A stretch of DNA of 62,857 nucleotides, the filler included. It is 6 parts of 6 records of this genome, joined end to end, with 100 filler letters (N's around TTAATTAATTAA, not from the genome) between each part and the next. Parts side by side here need not be neighbours in the genome. Positions count along the whole stretch, not along the records: positions 35,685 to 48,689 come from DRR723986_3127; positions 48,790 to 56,710 come from DRR723986_3130; 4 more parts are not named here. The stretch is one strand, 5' to 3'. The notes beneath the pieces were generated by a model. The model was not told the origin of the DNA. It was given only the letters and a program-made list of their open reading frames with translations, and ran no database searches. Positions 38,455 through 51,145 of this stretch are shown piece after piece; the first letter of the stretch is position 1, and the number at the start of each line of letters is the position of its first letter. The position numbers and the translations under genes were made by a program.

Positions 38455-39414
38455 TTGGAAGAACAGCCGATCATCATCAAACGCAAGAAAAAGGTTGTCG
38501 GCGGGCATCACGGCGGCTCCTGGAAAGTTGCGTTTGCTGATTTTGCGACCGCGATGATGGCGTTTTTTCTGGTGCTCTGGCTCACCGCCACGGCGAGCCC
38601 CGAACAGAAAAGGGCGGTCGAAGGCTACTTCAAGGATCCTGTTGGCTTTACCGAAGGCGGCTCGCCCAACCCGGTAGACCTTGAGGGCAGTGCCTCGGTC
38701 ATCGAGGAATCTACGCAGGATCAGGAGGCCAGCACCATTCAGATTGAAGACGAGGTGGTGGATGAACTGGCGGACACTCTGGAGCAGCGCCGAATGCAGG
38801 AGCTTTTCCAGGAGTTGCAGGAACGGATCGAGCAGAATCAGACCCTGCAGGAGTTCAAGGATCAGTTGCTGATCGATATTACCGACGAAGGCCTGAGAAT
38901 TCAGATTGTAGACCGGTCTGGTCGGCCCATGTTCGACAGTGGCCGGGCAGAGTTGAAGTACTACTCTCAGGACATTCTGTTTGAGTTGGCCAAGACCCTG
39001 GGGTCAGTCAACAACAAGCTCAGCATCACAGGTCATACCGACGCCACGCCGTTTAGTGGCCGACCGGGCTACACCAACTGGGAGTTGTCGGCGGATCGCG
39101 CCAACACAGCGCGTCGAGCGCTGGTGGCTGGCGGCGTCCGGCTGGAACAGATCGCCCGGGTGGTGGGATTGAGTGATTCGGTGCTGTTCGACAGGAGCAA
39201 CCCCACGGCGCCGGTGAACCGCCGCATTTCCATTATTGTTCTGAACAAAAAGACCGCCGACAGTATCGAGACCGGGGCAGGGCGCTCCGATCAGCCGCTG
39301 ATTGATCTTACTCGCCCGACGGAGGAGCAGGAGCAGCAGGCTCTGGAACAGCTGGAAGGTGGCGACTGGTTCCAACCGAAAGAAGAGCCCGCTCCGGGTG
39401 AGCTGAATTGGTAG
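38455..39414 (+). CDS. motB: Flagellar stator MotB
   Basis: HGGSWKVAFADFATAMMAFF and OmpA-like GHTD..NWELSADRA..NRRI. Confidence 0.94.
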   Translation: MEEQPIIIKRKKKVVGGHHGGSWKVAFADFATAMMAFFLVLWLTATASPEQKRAVEGYFKDPVGFTEGGSPNPVDLEGSASVIEESTQDQEASTIQIEDEVVDELADTLEQRRMQELFQELQERIEQNQTLQEFKDQLLIDITDEGLRIQIVDRSGRPMFDSGRAELKYYSQDILFELAKTLGSVNNKLSITGHTDATPFSGRPGYTNWELSADRANTARRALVAGGVRLEQIARVVGLSDSVLFDRSNPTAPVNRRISIIVLNKKTADSIETGAGRSDQPLIDLTRPTEEQEQQALEQLEGGDWFQPKEEPAPGELNW

Positions 39415-39430
39415 CGTTGGTTCTGTGGGT

Positions 39431-40486
39431 TCAGGTGAGCTTGAGACCACGAGCCTGCTGATCGGTCATATCCTGAAGGATGCGATGAAAGCTCTTCAGG
39501 CGTTCCGCTGAAATCTCGCCAGCCTCGGCTGCTGCGTCCAGAGCGCAGCCCGGATCTCCCATGTGCCGGCAATTGCGGAACTTGCAGAGCCCGATCAGCG
39601 GCCGGATTTCCCGAAAGCCGTATTCCACTTCCTGCGGCGTCATGTGCCAGAGACCGAACTCCCGGATACCCGGAGAATCGATCAGATCGCCCCCCCCGGG
39701 CAGGTGGAACAGTTTTGCCGTGGTGGTGGTATGCACGCCTTTGCCGGTACTCTCGGAGACCGCGCCCACCCGTAGCAGTTCATCCGGTAACAGCGTCTGA
39801 ATGATGGAAGACTTGCCCACGCCGGACTGACCCACAAAGACACTGGTCTGATTCCGCACCAGAGCTTCTACTTCCGGGGCTGGCGTGCCTGCGGTTTCTG
39901 CGGCTGAAGTGCGCGCCACCTCATAGCCCAGCGCCTGATATCTGGCCAGCAGGGCTTCGATCTGATCCCGGTTGTCGTCGTTAATCAGATCTGTCTTGTT
40001 CAGCAGGATTACCGCCGGAATGTCAGAGCTTTCAGACGCCACCAGATAACGATCGATCAGGTTGTCGTGGGGCTCGGGCTCGGGGGCAATGACCAGAATG
40101 ATATGGTCGATATTGGCGGCCACCGGTTTTAGCGCGCCAAAGTTGTCCGGGCGCTGCAGCAGGTTTTCCCGTTCACAGCGGGCAACAATCACGCCGGTTT
40201 TGCTTTTGCCCGGGCGCCAGACCACCCGGTCTCCGGTCACCAGGCTGTCAATGTTGGCTCTGACGAAACAGCGGAACACCTGCCCGGATTCCGGGCCTTC
40301 AAGCGCCTCGATATCCAGTTGCTGGCCGTAGTGAGCAATCACCAGTCCATTCTGCTCAGGACCAAGCTCACCGGCGGCGGCTTGTTCTTCCACCGCTTTT
40401 TCCTTGCGTGCAGCTCTCACCGTCCGTTCTTTCTGGATCTTTTCGATGCGCCATTGCTGGCGTTTGTTCAATCGTCGTTTTGCCAT
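39431..40486 (-). CDS. rsgA: Small ribosomal subunit biogenesis GTPase RsgA
   Basis: NKTD, GQSGVGKSS, HTTT, DSPG and CKFRNCRH..C zinc site. Confidence 0.95.
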   Translation of the reverse strand: MAKRRLNKRQQWRIEKIQKERTVRAARKEKAVEEQAAAGELGPEQNGLVIAHYGQQLDIEALEGPESGQVFRCFVRANIDSLVTGDRVVWRPGKSKTGVIVARCERENLLQRPDNFGALKPVAANIDHIILVIAPEPEPHDNLIDRYLVASESSDIPAVILLNKTDLINDDNRDQIEALLARYQALGYEVARTSAAETAGTPAPEVEALVRNQTSVFVGQSGVGKSSIIQTLLPDELLRVGAVSESTGKGVHTTTTAKLFHLPGGGDLIDSPGIREFGLWHMTPQEVEYGFREIRPLIGLCKFRNCRHMGDPGCALDAAAEAGEISAERLKSFHRILQDMTDQQARGLKLT

Positions 40487-40591
40487 CTGCGTTCAATCGG
40501 TTAACCGGCGTTTGGGTATCACATCATACGTGAATCGTGGACAATACACAGAACTTCATCCACCCGACAAAACGGCATAGGTAACAGCGAG

Positions 40592-41134
40592 ATGAGTAAC
40601 GGCGACCGCCTGATCTGGATTGACCTGGAAATGACCGGTCTGGATCCCGAGCAAGAACGCATTATCGAGATGGCCAGCATCATCACCGACTCCCAGCTGA
40701 ATATCGTGGCAGAGGGGCCGGTGATTGCAATTCACCAGCCTGACAGCCTGCTGGAGCAGATGGATGAATGGTGCACCCGCACCCATGGTGCCAGTGGTCT
40801 GACCCAACGGGTCAAAGAGAGTACCATCAGCGAGGCAGAGGCCGAGCAGCAAACCCTTGAGTTTCTGGGCAAACATCTGGAGCCAGGCCAATCCCCGCTC
40901 TGTGGCAACAGTATTGGTCAGGATCGGCGGTTTCTGGTGAAATACATGCCCAAACTGGAAGCCTTCTTCCACTACCGCAATCTCGATGTCTCAACGGTAA
41001 AGGAGCTGGCCCGTCGCTGGCGCCCGGACGTGCTGGAAGGAGTCAAGAAACAGGGCAGTCATCTGGCTCTGGACGATATCCGTGACTCCATCAATGAACT
41101 GCGTCACTACCGGGATCATTTCTTCAAGCTATAG
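40592..41134 (+). CDS. orn: Oligoribonuclease
   Basis: [19 protein letters not shown] and HLALDDI. Confidence 0.96.
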   Translation: MSNGDRLIWIDLEMTGLDPEQERIIEMASIITDSQLNIVAEGPVIAIHQPDSLLEQMDEWCTRTHGASGLTQRVKESTISEAEAEQQTLEFLGKHLEPGQSPLCGNSIGQDRRFLVKYMPKLEAFFHYRNLDVSTVKELARRWRPDVLEGVKKQGSHLALDDIRDSINELRHYRDHFFKL

Positions 41135-42217
41135 TCCGTGCTGTTTCAAGGCCCAGGCCACGTGCTCGCGGACCAGTTCCGACGGGTGGTCGGCCCGGGC
41201 TTTGAGTGCCTCCACCACCGGAATAGTGCTGGGGGCGTTGCCCAGTCCCACCGCCAGATTCCTGAGCCAGTTTTCATAGCCGGTGCGCCGTATTGCTGAC
41301 CCTTCCGTGCGCTTCAGAAACTCCTGCTCGGTCCACAGGAACAGCTCTGCCAGGGATGAATTGTCCAGACCATGCCTCGGTTTGAAGTCTTCCTCGTCGG
41401 TGGGCTTGTTGAACTTGTTCCAGGGGCAGACCAGCTGACAATCGTCGCAGCCGAATACCCGGTTGCCCATTAGTGAACGCAGCTCCTCCGGGATCGGTCC
41501 TTTCAGTTCAATAGTGAGATAGCTGATGCAGCGCCGGGCATCCAGTAAGTGAGGGCCTACAAAGGCGTCGGTCGGGCATACGTCCAGGCAGGCAGCGCAA
41601 GAGCCGCAGTGTTGGCTGTCGAACGGTGCATCCAGGGGCAGAGGCGCATTGGTGAAGATTTCTCCCAGAAAAAAGAACGAACCGGTTTTGGGGTGAATCA
41701 GCATGTTGTTTTTGCCAATCCAACCCAGTCCGGCTCGTTGAGCCAGTCCGCGCTCAAGTACCGGCGCGCTGTCGACAAATGCCCGGTAGTCATAGCCGCT
41801 GACAGCCTCGTCAATCCATTTTGCCAGCGTGGCCAGGCGTTTGCGCATCAGTTTGTGGTAGTCGCGCCCCAGGGCGTAGCGAGTAACGTAGGCCCGTTCC
41901 CGGTCAGTAAGCACTTGTTTCGGGTTGTCAGGTGCTGGCAGGTAATCCAGTCGGACGGAAATGACCCGGGTGGTCCCGGGTACCAGGGAGTCGGGTGTGT
42001 AACGTTTGTCGCCATGGTCGGCCATGTAGGCCATCTGGCCGTGGTAACCTGCTGCCAGCCAGCGCTGCAGGCGTTCAGCGTGAGGCCCCGTCTCCGCCTG
42101 GGTAATCCCTGCATCGGAAAAGCCCAGCTCCCGTGCCCACCGGCGGATCTGTGCGGGCAGGTCCGCGAGCTCTGTATGGAGCGTTTCTGAAGCTGGGTGT
42201 TCTGGAGTAACGGCCAT
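41129..42217 (-). CDS. queG: Epoxyqueuosine reductase
   Basis: [22 protein letters not shown] and [12 protein letters not shown]. Confidence 0.95.
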   Translation of the reverse strand: MAVTPEHPASETLHTELADLPAQIRRWARELGFSDAGITQAETGPHAERLQRWLAAGYHGQMAYMADHGDKRYTPDSLVPGTTRVISVRLDYLPAPDNPKQVLTDRERAYVTRYALGRDYHKLMRKRLATLAKWIDEAVSGYDYRAFVDSAPVLERGLAQRAGLGWIGKNNMLIHPKTGSFFFLGEIFTNAPLPLDAPFDSQHCGSCAACLDVCPTDAFVGPHLLDARRCISYLTIELKGPIPEELRSLMGNRVFGCDDCQLVCPWNKFNKPTDEEDFKPRHGLDNSSLAELFLWTEQEFLKRTEGSAIRRTGYENWLRNLAVGLGNAPSTIPVVEALKARADHPSELVREHVAWALKQHGL

Positions 42218-42353
42218 AGTGGACTGCTTGCAGGTGCGGCCCTGCGAAGATTTAATTTGATTAAGTTATGACCTTTTTTCCTGTTTTGCTATGCTTTACA
42301 GGTATCTGGCCAATTTTCTTAAACCGGTTTCTGTATCTGGGAGTTCCCGGCAA

Positions 42354-43916
42354 ATGCCCTCTGTTTCCGAGCACAGTCTACCAGAAGCGCTCTATTCCGC
42401 CGACTCGGTGCGGGCGATGGATCGCTATCTGATTGAACAGCAGGGGGTGGATGGCTTCGAATTGATGCAAACGGCAGCTAGATCGGCGTTCCGCCATCTG
42501 GTGGCATTCTGGCCTGGTGCGCAGCCTGTGCTTGTGTTGTGCGGAGCTGGCAATAATGGCGGTGATGGTTACCTGGTGGCCGCCAACGCTAAGCGTCATG
42601 GCATTGATGTGGCGTGTGTTGCCGTGGCGCCGACGGAAAAGCTCACGGGCGACGCCCGGTCTGCGTGCCAGAAAGCCCGGGCCGATGGTGTCGAGATTCT
42701 TGAAGGCAGTGCCCTGTCCGATGCCGATTTGCAAGCGCGGATGGATAGCGCTGCGGTGGTGGTAGATGCCATGCTCGGTACCGGAGTAACCGGCGCGCCC
42801 AGGGAGCCCTTTGCCAAGGTTATTGGTCAGTTGAACCATTCCGGAAAGCCTGTATTGGCAGTGGATTTGCCGTCCGGCCTGGATGCCACAACCGGTGCCG
42901 CGACAGGGGATGTGGTGCATGCCGATGTGACGGTCACTTTCATCGGCGCCAAGACTGGCCTCTTCACCGGCGCAGGCGCGGGTGTCTGTGGTCAGGTAAT
43001 GTTTGAAGCGCTGGGGGCGATTAACGCCGGTCAGCAGAGTGGGGAAATGCCCCTGGCCGAGCTTTATCCCTGGACGCGATGCCAGTCCTGGTTGCCGGAA
43101 CGCCCTGCTAACGCCCACAAGGGCATGTTCGGTCATGTCCTGGTGGTGGCGGGAGATCACGGTTTCGGCGGGGCGGGCATCATGGCTGCAGAGGCGGCCT
43201 GCAGGGCCGGCGCCGGGTTGGTGTCATTGGCCACCCGGCCGGAATACGTTACCGCTGCGCTGGCTCGTTGTCCGTCGTTGATGGTCAGGGGTGTAACCCA
43301 CGGGTCTGAGTTGCCGGCTTTACTGGAGAAACCCGATGTCGTGGTCTGCGGACCCGGGATCGGCCAGTCCGCCTGGGGACAGCAAATGCTGCAGCAGGTT
43401 ATTGCCAGTGGCAAGCCCAGAGTGTTGGACGCAGATGCACTCAATATCATGGCCGACCGCGCCCCGTCGCCGGCGGACAACCATGTGCTGACGCCCCACC
43501 CGGGAGAAGCGGCCAGGCTGCTGGGCTGCAGTGTTCAGGAAGTCGAGGCGGACAGGATGAGAGCGGCAGCACGAATACAGAAGCTGTGGCATGGCATTGT
43601 CCTGCTCAAAGGTGCGGGTACGGTTGTTGCCACCGGCAGCGGAGTGCCCGGCATAATACCGGGCGGTAATCCGGGGATGGCGACAGGGGGCATGGGCGAT
43701 GTGCTGTCGGGCATCCTGGGGGCGTTTCTTGGGCAAATTCCGTCCGCCCGCCAGGCGGTAATGGCTTCAGCGGCTTTACATCTGGCGGCCGCGGATGAGG
43801 CGGGGCAGAATAAAGGCTATATGGGGCTGCTCCCGGCTGATGTGATCGAAGCCGTGCCACAGGTGCTGGTAAGGTCGGAGCGGCCTGAATGTTTTAGTGA
43901 CCGGGGGAATCGATGA
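42354..43916 (+). CDS. nnr: Bifunctional NAD(P)H-hydrate epimerase/dehydratase
   Basis: [25 protein letters not shown] and GMGDVLSG. Confidence 0.93.
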   Translation: MPSVSEHSLPEALYSADSVRAMDRYLIEQQGVDGFELMQTAARSAFRHLVAFWPGAQPVLVLCGAGNNGGDGYLVAANAKRHGIDVACVAVAPTEKLTGDARSACQKARADGVEILEGSALSDADLQARMDSAAVVVDAMLGTGVTGAPREPFAKVIGQLNHSGKPVLAVDLPSGLDATTGAATGDVVHADVTVTFIGAKTGLFTGAGAGVCGQVMFEALGAINAGQQSGEMPLAELYPWTRCQSWLPERPANAHKGMFGHVLVVAGDHGFGGAGIMAAEAACRAGAGLVSLATRPEYVTAALARCPSLMVRGVTHGSELPALLEKPDVVVCGPGIGQSAWGQQMLQQVIASGKPRVLDADALNIMADRAPSPADNHVLTPHPGEAARLLGCSVQEVEADRMRAAARIQKLWHGIVLLKGAGTVVATGSGVPGIIPGGNPGMATGGMGDVLSGILGAFLGQIPSARQAVMASAALHLAAADEAGQNKGYMGLLPADVIEAVPQVLVRSERPECFSDRGNR

Positions 43917-44410
43917 GTATTTTTGGTAATGAACGCCGGTTGTTTCTGGAAGATGAGGCCGAGACGGAAAAACTTGGTGGTGAGTTGGCCCGGTTGGCCA
44001 GTCATGCCCGGGAAGGCCTCACCGTTTTTCTCGACGGCGAATTGGGGATGGGCAAGACGACCCTGAGCCGTGGTGTTATGAGAGGGCTTGGCCACGAGGG
44101 TGCCGTCAAGAGCCCGACCTATACACTGGTTGAACCCTACGAACACCTGGAACCACCGGTGTACCATTTTGATCTGTACCGGCTGGGTGACCCCGAGGAA
44201 CTGGAATACATGGGAATCCGGGATTATTTTGCCAGCCAGAGCATCCGGATTATTGAGTGGCCGGAGCGTGGTCAGGGAGTCTTGCCTGATCCGGATCTGG
44301 AAATCCATCTTGAACGGGAAGGTCAGGGGCGCTCTGTGGTATTGCGCGCCCGTTCGGAGCTTGGGGCTTCCTTGCTTAATGAAATAGAACTGATAGGGCC
44401 GGATTCATGA
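43913..44410 (+). CDS. tsaE: tRNA threonylcarbamoyladenosine biosynthesis ATPase TsaE
   Basis: [26 protein letters not shown] and IEW. Confidence 0.95.
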   Translation: MSIFGNERRLFLEDEAETEKLGGELARLASHAREGLTVFLDGELGMGKTTLSRGVMRGLGHEGAVKSPTYTLVEPYEHLEPPVYHFDLYRLGDPEELEYMGIRDYFASQSIRIIEWPERGQGVLPDPDLEIHLEREGQGRSVVLRARSELGASLLNEIELIGPDS

Positions 44411-45738
44411 AAATCTTGGTGATTATGGCGCTGTTGCTTTCAGCCAGTACAGTTTTGGCCGGTACCCGTGTCGAGGGGGTGCGTTTGTGGCCGGCTCCGG
44501 ATCATACCCGCCTGGTGCTGGACACTGCCGGTCTGGTTGAGCACAACGTATTCTCTCTGAGTGGACCGTCCCGGCTGGTTATTGATCTGAAGGGTGCTGC
44601 TCTCGGCACGGATTTCAGCAAGGTCGACCTTTCCGGCAGCCCCATTCAGCGTATTCGCAGCGCGCCAAGGAATGGTAACGATTTGCGGGTGGTGCTGGAT
44701 CTGAAAAGTGATATCAAGCCTCGCAGCTTTGTGCTGGAGCCGAATCAGCAGTATGGCCATCGTCTGGTGGTCGATTTGATTGATGAACAGGGCAGCCGTC
44801 TCGATCGGGCGACGAGCCCGACGGTGACCCAGGATTCTGCCGGTAAGCGTGACATTATCGTGGTTATCGACGCCGGTCATGGCGGCGAAGATCCGGGCGC
44901 AATCGGGCCCCGGGGGACCCGGGAAAAGGATGTCGTGCTGAGAATGGCAAAGCGTCTGGCCGATCTGATCAACCAGCAGAAAGGGTTCACTGCCAAGCTT
45001 ACTCGGACAGGCGATTATTACGTGGGCTTGCGGAACCGCACCTTGCTGGCCCGCAAGTATAACGCGGATCTGTTCGTGTCGGTGCACGCCGATGCCTTCA
45101 GAACGCCGCAGCCACGGGGAGCATCCGTCTTCGCGCTGTCTCAGCGCGGTGCCACCAGTGAAACGGCTCGATGGCTCGCCCAGAGCGAGAACCGTTCAGA
45201 TTTGATCGGTGGTGCCGGCGGTGTCTCTCTGGATGGCCGTGATGACATGCTGGCCGGGGTATTGCTGGATCTCTCCATGACCGCAAGTATCAACGCCAGT
45301 CTGGGGGTTGGAGATTCCGTGCTGGGCCGGTTGGGCCGTGTGGCCAAGCTTCACAAACAGGGGGTGGAGCAGGCGGCATTTGTGGTTTTGAAGTCGCCGG
45401 ACATCCCCTCGATTCTGGTGGAGGCCGGTTTCATCTCGAATCCGACCGAAGAGAAGAATCTTGCGTCCGAGTGGTACCGCAACAAGCTGGCCAACGCCAT
45501 TTTCGATGGCATCGAGCAGTATTTTCGTCGCACACCACCTCCCGGCACGTTGCTGGCCTGGGAAAAACAGCAAAATCGGGGTGGCACCGACGTCAGCCAG
45601 TACCGGATACAGCGAGGTGATACTCTCTCGGGCGTTGCCCGGGAGAATCAGACCACCGTCAGCGAGCTGATGCGCTTTAACGGGATGAACGATGATCGTG
45701 TTATGGTAGGGCAAACCATTCGCATCCCCTCATCCTGA
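44407..45738 (+). CDS. amiB: N-acetylmuramoyl-L-alanine amidase (AMIN-amidase-LysM)
   Basis: [30 protein letters not shown] and C-terminal LysM; syntenic position between tsaE and mutL. Confidence 0.9.
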   Translation: MKILVIMALLLSASTVLAGTRVEGVRLWPAPDHTRLVLDTAGLVEHNVFSLSGPSRLVIDLKGAALGTDFSKVDLSGSPIQRIRSAPRNGNDLRVVLDLKSDIKPRSFVLEPNQQYGHRLVVDLIDEQGSRLDRATSPTVTQDSAGKRDIIVVIDAGHGGEDPGAIGPRGTREKDVVLRMAKRLADLINQQKGFTAKLTRTGDYYVGLRNRTLLARKYNADLFVSVHADAFRTPQPRGASVFALSQRGATSETARWLAQSENRSDLIGGAGGVSLDGRDDMLAGVLLDLSMTASINASLGVGDSVLGRLGRVAKLHKQGVEQAAFVVLKSPDIPSILVEAGFISNPTEEKNLASEWYRNKLANAIFDGIEQYFRRTPPPGTLLAWEKQQNRGGTDVSQYRIQRGDTLSGVARENQTTVSELMRFNGMNDDRVMVGQTIRIPSS

Positions 45739-45758
45739 TCAAGAGGTAGTCCCCGGAT

Positions 45759-47648
45759 ATGCCCCACATCCAGTTACTGTCCCCCCGGCTTGCCAACCAG
45801 ATTGCTGCCGGGGAGGTGGTAGAACGTCCTGCTTCTGTTGTTAAAGAGCTGGTTGAAAATGCCCTGGATGCCGGGGCCTCGCGCGTCGATGTGGAGATCG
45901 AGCAGGGTGGGGCAAAACTTATCCGGGTGCGTGACGACGGCTCCGGTATTGAAGAGGCGGACCTTCCTCTGGCCCTGAGCCGGCATGCCACCAGCAAAAT
46001 CCTGACCCTGGATGATCTTGAGGCCGTGGCCTCTCTGGGATTCCGGGGTGAGGCATTGGCCAGTATCAGCTCCGTGTCACGCCTGACCCTCACCTCCCGT
46101 ACCGAGTTGCAGGAAGCGGCGGCCCGTGTTGAGGTGGAAGGTCGCGACATGGATGCTCGCATCTCACCGGCGGCCCATCCCGTGGGTACCACCGTTGAAG
46201 TGAGGGATCTGTTCTTCAATACTCCTGCCCGGCGCAAATTCCTGCGCACGGAAAAAACCGAATTCAACCACGTTGAAGAGTGTGTTCGCCGTCAGGCTCT
46301 GAGTCGGTTCGATACCGGTTTTACCCTGCGTCATAACCAGAGAGTGGTGCAAAGCCTGCGCCCTGCTGAGACGGATCTGGACAAGGAGCGTCGGATTGGT
46401 TCGCTGTGTGGCCAGCAGTTTATCGACAATGCGGTGGTTATTGATGCCGAGGCCACCGGGTTGCGCCTTTGGGGTTGGGTGGCGCTGCCGACCTTTTCCC
46501 GCAGTCAGGCAGATCTGCAGTACTTTTTTGTGAATGGCCGGGTGATCCGGGACAAACTGGTCGCCCATGCAGTTCGCCAGGCCTACCGGGACGTTCTGTA
46601 CAACAACCGTCACCCTGCATTTGTGCTGTACCTGGAGGTAGATCCGGCTACGGTGGATGTCAACGTTCACCCAACCAAGCATGAGGTTCGGTTCCGCGAC
46701 GGCCGGCTGGTTCACGATTTTATTTTCCGGACTCTGCATCGAGCCCTGGCGGATGTACGCCCGGACGATCATCTCCGTGGGGCGGCGGCCCAATCCTTTG
46801 GTCGTGAGTCTGCGGTTGTTGAACCCGAGCATTCGGCTGGCGGTTTCAGTGCCCCGGGTACATCGGGACCCTGGCCCACACAGTCACGCACTGAGGCTTA
46901 TCCGTCGTCGCCCGGGCAGTCACCCCAGCAGGAGTGGCGGGCCAGTGATCAGATGGCGTTTTACCAGTCGTTGAATGAGGGTGGCGGTGTTTCAACCCCC
47001 GTTGCCCGGGCAGAAATGCCAGCGGCGTCAGCTTCGGTTACGCCGCCCAGGGATGATGCGGAAGAGCCGCCACTGGGTTATGCGATTGCCCAGCTGCACG
47101 GAATCTACATTCTGGCCCAGAGCCGTGCCGGCCTGATCGTGGTGGATATGCATGCCGCCCATGAGCGTATTACTTATGAGCGCATGAAGCGGGCCCTGGT
47201 CGAACAGGATCTTAAGAGCCAGCCTTTGCTGGTGCCCCTGTCACTAGCAGTGAGCCAGAAAGAGGCGGCGCTTGCGGAGAGCCATGGTGAAGAGCTGCAG
47301 CACCTTGGTCTGCAGATTGAGCGTATCGGGCCAGAGACGTTGGCAGTGCGGCAGATCCCGGCATTGCTCCGAGGGGCAGACACTGAGCAGCTGGTGCGCG
47401 ATGTGCTGGCAGATCTGATTGAGCACGGCCAGAGTGATCGCGTTGAAGCGGTCACCCATGAATTGCTCGGCACCATGGCCTGCCATGGGTCGGTGCGGGC
47501 AAACCGGCAGCTCACGATTCCAGAAATGAATTCGTTGCTTCGCGATATGGAAGCAACGGAGCGCAGCGGACAGTGCAACCATGGCCGTCCCACCTGGACC
47601 CTGGTCACCCTGTCTGAACTGGACAAGCTGTTTCTGCGGGGGCGCTAA
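45759..47648 (+). CDS. mutL: DNA mismatch repair protein MutL
   Basis: [19 protein letters not shown], endonuclease motif [12 protein letters not shown] and CNHGRP. Confidence 0.97.
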   Translation: MPHIQLLSPRLANQIAAGEVVERPASVVKELVENALDAGASRVDVEIEQGGAKLIRVRDDGSGIEEADLPLALSRHATSKILTLDDLEAVASLGFRGEALASISSVSRLTLTSRTELQEAAARVEVEGRDMDARISPAAHPVGTTVEVRDLFFNTPARRKFLRTEKTEFNHVEECVRRQALSRFDTGFTLRHNQRVVQSLRPAETDLDKERRIGSLCGQQFIDNAVVIDAEATGLRLWGWVALPTFSRSQADLQYFFVNGRVIRDKLVAHAVRQAYRDVLYNNRHPAFVLYLEVDPATVDVNVHPTKHEVRFRDGRLVHDFIFRTLHRALADVRPDDHLRGAAAQSFGRESAVVEPEHSAGGFSAPGTSGPWPTQSRTEAYPSSPGQSPQQEWRASDQMAFYQSLNEGGGVSTPVARAEMPAASASVTPPRDDAEEPPLGYAIAQLHGIYILAQSRAGLIVVDMHAAHERITYERMKRALVEQDLKSQPLLVPLSLAVSQKEAALAESHGEELQHLGLQIERIGPETLAVRQIPALLRGADTEQLVRDVLADLIEHGQSDRVEAVTHELLGTMACHGSVRANRQLTIPEMNSLLRDMEATERSGQCNHGRPTWTLVTLSELDKLFLRGR

Positions 47649-47651
47649 GCG

Positions 47652-48689
47652 GTGATTCCCGATAACCGCTCCCAGCAGGGTTCCTTGCCGCCAACGATCT
47701 TTCTGATGGGGCCGACTGCGTCTGGCAAGACCGATCTTGCCATTGAGCTCTGCCGTACGTTGCCCTGTGAAATCATCAGTGTGGATTCCGCGATGGTTTA
47801 TCGTGGCATGGACATTGGCACTGCCAAACCTTCGCCTGAAGAACTCGCCCTGGCACCACATCGATTGATCGATATCTGTGATCCGGCGGAGACCTATTCC
47901 GCGGCGGATTTTCGCCGCGATGCGTTGGCGGCCATGAGCGAGATATCTGGCCGTGGCCGGATCCCGTTGCTGGTGGGTGGCACCATGATGTACTTCAAGG
48001 CATTGCTGCATGGCATGTCGAATCTGCCTTCGGCAAATCAGGCGCTGCGGGCAGAAATTGAGCGGGAAGCCGAACGCGATGGCTGGGGCGCCCTTCATGA
48101 GGAGTTGGCAGAAAAAGATCCCGACGCTGCGCGCCTGATTCATCCTAACAATCGCCAGCGACTGATGCGGGCCATTGAGGTGATCCGGCTTACAGATAAG
48201 CCGATCTCCTCGTTCTGGCAGTCAGAATCGGGAACTTCCGGGCAGCATCCGCAGTCTGGTATTGAGGATTACACGTATTTTACCAGCTGGCAGGCAGACG
48301 AAAGCGCTGGCCTGCCGTATACTGTTTTTCAGTTTGCCCTGGCGCCTGCCGAGCGCTCTGTGCTGCATTCGCGGATACAGAAACGGTTTCTGGCAATGCT
48401 GGAAGCAGGCTTCCTTGATGAAGTCCGTGCCTTGATGGCGCGGGGTGATCTCAGCCCCGATCTTCCCTCGATGCGTTGCGTGGGTTATCGACAGGCCTGG
48501 GATTACCTGTCAGGCAACGAGGATTACGACAGCTTTGTTGCCAAGGGCGTTGCCGCCACCCGTCAGTTGGCGAAACGGCAGCTTACCTGGTTGCGAAAAT
48601 GGCGAGATGTGCACTGGCTGGACTCCGCCGACCCGCAAGTGGTGCTGGATACCTTGAAAAAATCCGGGCTTCACACCACATTTAACGTT
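47652..48689 (+). CDS. miaA: tRNA dimethylallyltransferase, stop codon not reached before the contig end
   Basis: [28 protein letters not shown] and [11 protein letters not shown]. Confidence 0.95.
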
Positions 48690-48789
48690 NNNNNNNNNNN
48701 NNNNNNNNNNNNNNNNNNNNNNNNNNNNNNNNNTTAATTAATTAANNNNNNNNNNNNNNNNNNNNNNNNNNNNNNNNNNNNNNNNNNNN
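48690..48789. other. Artificial contig linker
   Basis: N44-TTAATTAATTAA-N44. Confidence 0.98.
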
Positions 48790-48790
48790 C

Positions 48791-51145
48791 TGGATAGAAG
48801 CTCAGTTTCGCCGCGGCGATCTGCTGTTTATCGATGGCCGATACCGGGAAGCCGAGCAGGCCTTCGGCGAGGTTACTCTGGCCAGCCAGGAGCGTATGGC
48901 CGATGCCTCATTTCTGGTGAACGCGTATTACATGAAGGGCTGGAGTCTGTTCAAGCAGGCGCAATACCAGGAAGCCCTGTTCAGCTATGTAGAAGTGCTT
49001 GATTTGGTGATGCCTGAGGGGCAGCCGGTGGAAGATGTGGATCAGCGGAGCCAGACCCTGATCGAGGATCTGTTCCGGGTCGTAGGGCTGTCCCTGTCTT
49101 ACCTTGATGGCGCGGAAACCCTGCAGGCGTTGTTTCGCCAGACGGGCGGGCGTCCATACGAAATTCTGGTTTATGACCGCTACAGTGGGCTTTTGGTCGA
49201 GAGGGAACAATACGGTGACGCCATCGACGTATTTGAAGCCTTCATAGAAGACCACCCTGCGAGTCCCTGGGCGCCTCGCTACCACATGCGGATTATCGAT
49301 ACCCTGGAACTGGCCGGTTTCACCCGTACTGTGCCTGAACGAAAGGCCGACTTTGTGAGCCGTTACGGAATTTACAGCGCCTATTGGCAGTCAGCGGGCC
49401 CCGATGCGATGGGTTTCATTGAGCAACAGCTGGAGCAGCTTCTGCCTGAGCTGGCAGACCGTCAGTATCTGTTGGCGGGGGAAGTCATGGATGAACAGCA
49501 GGCTAACGATCACTACCGCAAAGCCGCCAGTTATTACGCCGAGTTTGCCGCTACCTTCCCGGATCATCCCCGCACACCGGAGCGTCTGTTCCTTCTGGGT
49601 GAAACCTATCTGGAGTTGGAAGACTGGGCGGAAGCCATCGCCGCTTTCGAGCGTGTGGCCTATGACTACCCGCAGGTCACCGTATCCGGGCGGGCAGCCG
49701 AAGCCGGCTACGCGTCGGTTCTGGCATTCCGTGAGTATTCAATAACCTGGAACAGTCTACCCATATCAGAACAGGCGGCTTATCAGGAACTGCAGCAGTT
49801 GAATCGGCTGCGGTTTGCAAATGCATTTCCCGAAGACCCCAGGGCCCCGGCGGTGTATTACATTGCGCTGCAGCAGGAGTTTGACCGGAACAACTGGGAA
49901 GAGACCGTCAATATGGCGGCCCGGCTTGTGACCTGGCAGCCCACGCCTTCCGCTGAGTTAACGACAGAAGCCTTGCTGTTGTCTGGCCACAGTCTCTCTG
50001 AACTGGCCCGATACTCCGAGGCGGAGCAGGCTTACCGTGATGCCCTGGCGACCATGGCAGAGGATGATGAGCGAAGAAGCGGGGTGCGTGAAAACCTGGC
50101 CGCTGCGGTCTATCGGCAGGCCGAGCAGTTGGCCGATGCCGGTAATGTGGAAGCTGCCGTCGGCGAGTTCCTGCGAGTCGGTGCTGTGGTTCCGGAATCC
50201 GCACTAAGGGCAAACGCTGAATACGATGCCGCCTCACTTCTGATAACCGCCAATCTCTGGGAACCGGCCATTGGTGTGCTGACCAGTTTCCGAAGGGCTT
50301 TCCCGGACCACGAATTGATTGATACGGTCCCGGCAAAACTGGCGTTGGCCTATCGTGAAACGGCGCAGTGGGAGCGAGCAGCCGACGAATTGCGACAAAT
50401 GGTGGCTCTGGCGACAACGCCGGAAGAGCGAAGAGAAAACCTGTTGATTGCAGCAGAGCTGTACGATCAGGCCGGAAACTGTGGCAAGGCCATCGATACC
50501 TGGCGGAATTACGCCAACAGCCATCCCGAGCCGGCCGATGTCTACATGGAAGCGGCCAATCGGCTGGCTGAGCTCTATCAGGAAGCTGATGACAACGTAA
50601 AAAGAGATTACTGGTTGCGCAAGCAAATGGAAACGGTGGACCGGAATCCGGACGCGGCGGACGACCGCATGCGCTACCTTGCCGCGTCAGCCTCGGCCAT
50701 TCTCGCCCGCGAAGCGCTTGCCCGGTATGACAGCATTCGCCTGACGTTGCCACTGAATGAGAGCATGACTGCAAAGACCGATGCGCTGGAACGGGCAGTC
50801 AATGCCTACAAGAAAACCGCCAGTTACCGCCTTTCGTCATTCGCTACCGAGGCCGGTTACCAGATTGCCCATATCTATGGACGCCTCGGTGCCGATCTGA
50901 TGGATTCGGAGCGGCCCACCGGGTTGAGCGAGCTTGAGCTTGCCCAGTACGAGCTTTTGTTGGAAGAGCAGGCCTATCCATTCGAAGACAACGCCATCGA
51001 TATCCACGAGCAGAACATCCGGCGGGCCCGGGAGGGCATTTTCGATGAGTGGGTCAAGCGCAGCTACGAGGCCCTGAAAGTCCTGCTGCCAGGGCGCTAC
51101 CGGAAGGAAGAAGTGACCTCGGGGGTTGTCTATGAACTTGATTAA
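48791..51145 (+). CDS. Large tetratricopeptide-repeat protein, 5'-truncated
   Basis: Frame open from the contig start (WIEAQFRRGDLLF..); multiple TPRs; C-terminal LLEEQAYPFEDNAIDIHE. Confidence 0.85.
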   Translation, partial: WIEAQFRRGDLLFIDGRYREAEQAFGEVTLASQERMADASFLVNAYYMKGWSLFKQAQYQEALFSYVEVLDLVMPEGQPVEDVDQRSQTLIEDLFRVVGLSLSYLDGAETLQALFRQTGGRPYEILVYDRYSGLLVEREQYGDAIDVFEAFIEDHPASPWAPRYHMRIIDTLELAGFTRTVPERKADFVSRYGIYSAYWQSAGPDAMGFIEQQLEQLLPELADRQYLLAGEVMDEQQANDHYRKAASYYAEFAATFPDHPRTPERLFLLGETYLELEDWAEAIAAFERVAYDYPQVTVSGRAAEAGYASVLAFREYSITWNSLPISEQAAYQELQQLNRLRFANAFPEDPRAPAVYYIALQQEFDRNNWEETVNMAARLVTWQPTPSAELTTEALLLSGHSLSELARYSEAEQAYRDALATMAEDDERRSGVRENLAAAVYRQAEQLADAGNVEAAVGEFLRVGAVVPESALRANAEYDAASLLITANLWEPAIGVLTSFRRAFPDHELIDTVPAKLALAYRETAQWERAADELRQMVALATTPEERRENLLIAAELYDQAGNCGKAIDTWRNYANSHPEPADVYMEAANRLAELYQEADDNVKRDYWLRKQMETVDRNPDAADDRMRYLAASASAILAREALARYDSIRLTLPLNESMTAKTDALERAVNAYKKTASYRLSSFATEAGYQIAHIYGRLGADLMDSERPTGLSELELAQYELLLEEQAYPFEDNAIDIHEQNIRRAREGIFDEWVKRSYEALKVLLPGRYRKEEVTSGVVYELD

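Noticed and set aside
48650-48689. Possible frameshift at the A6 run near the miaA 3' end
   Set aside because: The contig ends before this can be judged; the protein is already full length.
35686-48689. motAB located between psd and rsgA, as an unusual insertion
   Set aside because: A similar arrangement is familiar from Pseudomonas-related gammaproteobacteria; ordinary housekeeping synteny.
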